In this document: in pieces, positions 62,026-64,000 of the stretch | Layout of the letters: each line of letters opens with the position of its first letter | How positions within the stretch are numbered: the stretch's first letter is position 1 | DNA from: Diplonema japonicum | Taxonomy: Eukaryota; Protista; Euglenozoa: Diplonemea | Assembly (NCBI GenBank): GCA_964019335.1 | Contig: OZ025658.1 | Coordinates: 372,001-436,000, forward strand | Length of the DNA: 64,000 bases | Direction of reading: 5' to 3' | Notes under the pieces: model-generated | Told to the model about the DNA's origin: nothing | Databases searched by the model: none | What the model saw: only the letters and a program-made list of their open reading frames with translations | Translations under genes and position numbers: made by a program

Positions 62026-62564
62026 CTTATGTCTTGCCACCCCCTATTGTGATATATATTTTCTTTCGCACAAGCTCGAGATAACAATTTTTTTTTTCAC
62101 TTAATTCGCACTTCTTTCTTTTTTTTTTTTTTTTGTTTTTTTTTTTTTCACAGAACCAGCGTATGCTGGTGTTTTAGGGAAGGGATGGGGGGGATGTTTC
62201 ATTTTTTTTAAAAGGATTTTTTTTCTTAGTCACGGAGGCTCCTCGTCTGGAACATTAAAGGGCATTGAGAAGATCGTCAGGAACCCCCATCTTTTTTTTT
62301 CCCCCCGTTGTCCTCAGTAAAGGACAGTTTCAATTCCCCTCTCCCTCCATTGGCTCTATTATATCCACATATTAGAACCTACTCATATCTCTCCCCGTGT
62401 AATGGAACACAAAAAAGGAGGAGGTAAAAGTAAATACCACCTCTTATATCAAAACAATACCCCCCTTTTTTTTTTCTAACACTGTCCTTAGCTTTAAAAA
62501 AAACTCCCCTCCCTGGGACACATAAAACGGGGGTGGAAATTAAAAGGGGGGGGGGATCGCCTTT

Positions 62565-64000
62565 TTAATGCTTCCTCCTCAAGAAGAATATTAAACCAAG
62601 ACAAATAGCGCCCTGTAAAAAGTTTTTTTTTTTAATTAGTGATGATCGGCCATACCGCAGCCATTGTCAGAGGCAATACTAAAGATGCTTGAGGGGACAC
62701 AGGGTACTCTACTTCTTCCTGTGGTGCGGGAAATTGTGTTGGTTTAGGAGCGGGTTCGGGGGTCTGACAGGGCTCTGTCTGTTTCACTACTTGCTTGGGT
62801 TTTTCCTTCACCTCTTTTTTGGAAGGTTTTTCTTTAGGTTTCTTCTCCTTCTGCTTTTCCTTCTTCAAGGAGGCCTTCACCGGTTCTGGGGGCGGTTCCT
62901 GCAGGTCGTCCTCTGTGAGCATCACGTACACATTCTCGAACTGGCACTTGAAAGGGAACTTCTCGTTAAAGTCGATCTCCTTCACAATCCCTACTTCACC
63001 CTTCTTCAGCTTCGCCCCGTCTTTCCATGTCTGAGATTTTTTTTCGTCTTTTTGTTGTTCCATGGACATACCTTATTCCCCGGGAACCTGCCACCACCAA
63101 CAAACATGACTCGGTCCTTCACCGCGTAAGCTAGCGGCGGGGGCGGCTTTTCCCTACGCCGCTCCGACGTCTGCGGCCTCACAGGCATGTCATCTGTCTT
63201 CATCACGCTCACCTTCTTGTTGGGCACAGGCGCAGGCATGGCATACGTCTCTTCAAGCGTCGGCAGCTTCGATCTCAGGTACGTCTCGTACTCCACAAGC
63301 CTGTTTGTGGGCATCGTCGCAAGCCCACACGGCGCCTCTTCCTTCAGCACGGTCAGGAGGCCGTGGATGCTCTGTAACACCTCAGAAGAATAAGGAGGAG
63401 GTGCCTTGAGAGACGCTGGCAGCGGTGGCATGGGAGGTACACCAGGAGGTACATTCTGGGAACCCGTCACCGGCGTGTAAGGTAAGGTGGAGCACGCCAA
63501 GCAACAGTCCCAATTGCACAGCGGGCACGTGTAGTAGCCCTGCGGGTTGACGTCCAGCTCCTCCGTGTCGCACCGCCTGCAGAAGACGCTGCCGCACATC
63601 ACAAGCCCGCTCTGGCGGCAGACCATCTGAGAGCCCAAGGTAGGCTGGAGAGGGTGGCCTGAAGGACACTTAGGCTTAGAAGACTGATATGGGCTCATGC
63701 CCGATAGAGTAGGGCTCCTGTTATATATTGTGGGCGGGCTCCTAGAGTAGCTGGAGGGGGGTGTCATGGCGGGTGGCATAACAGGTGTCCTAGTCTGTGG
63801 GTGTTGGAGTGGTGTGAGGGTGCAACTGCTGGGTGTTGCTGCGTTGGAAGGCGGGGTAAGATCCACAGGGTTGCCCTTTGCATCGGTGATGGTGACAGAC
63901 TTCCTGCTGCCGAGCATGTCAGCTTGCCGTTGCCATGGGGTCTTCTCGCTCTCGCTTGCCTCAGGGGGCACGAACGGTTGTGCGTTTGCGTTCAGTTTAT
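62565..64000 (-). CDS. Tail-anchored protein with Cys-rich zinc-finger-like domain, partial (5' end beyond window; introns 63031-63071, 62613-62655)
   Basis: KCPSGHPL...FCRRC...YTCPLCNWDCCLAC. Splicing gives C-terminal TM ASLVLPLTMAAGAICLGLIFFLRRKH*. Confidence 0.75.

Noticed and set aside
1201-63071. Euglenid-type nonconventional introns or programmed frameshifts to explain broken host ORFs
   Set aside because: Every host ORF break I examined is resolved by a canonical GT-AG intron.
1-64000. tRNA, rRNA, SL RNA or snRNA genes
   Set aside because: None recognisable by eye; a covariance-model scan would be needed to exclude them.

Overview
Eukaryotic nuclear DNA, most likely a euglenozoan and probably a diplonemid. 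This is inferred from about 24 host genes all lying on the minus strand, euglenozoan-type BILBO1-N and DUF1935-calpain domains, and many cis-introns, which kinetoplastids lack. Splicing by hand gives about 34 short GT-AG introns (mostly 32-60 nt) that are A/C-rich and have no polypyrimidine tract. Intergenic DNA tends to run from T-rich tracts to A-rich 5' leaders. Host genes include ATX1, an eIF4E-like/B-box fusion lacking key cap-binding Trp residues, ADCK1, a 2734-aa WD40/coiled-coil protein, FIGNL1, an LVIVD surface protein, a BILBO1-N protein, an EF-hand/WD40 protein, an AAC-like carrier, a degenerate ABCC, UCHL5, an Orai-like 4-TM protein, an SLC6 transporter and a pseudo-calpain. Mobile elements: (1) a 6.7-kb APE/RT LINE with an OTU protease domain, inserted into a poly(T) tract with a 14-bp TSD and a 5' end resembling a splice acceptor; (2) a 5'-truncated relative of that LINE; (3) a Mutator-like MITE with a 9-bp TSD inside an intron; (4) a Crypton-like tyrosine-recombinase relic with a long terminal palindrome; (5) a non-autonomous IR+hairpin element. 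All family assignments come from recognising motifs by eye; no database searches were run.
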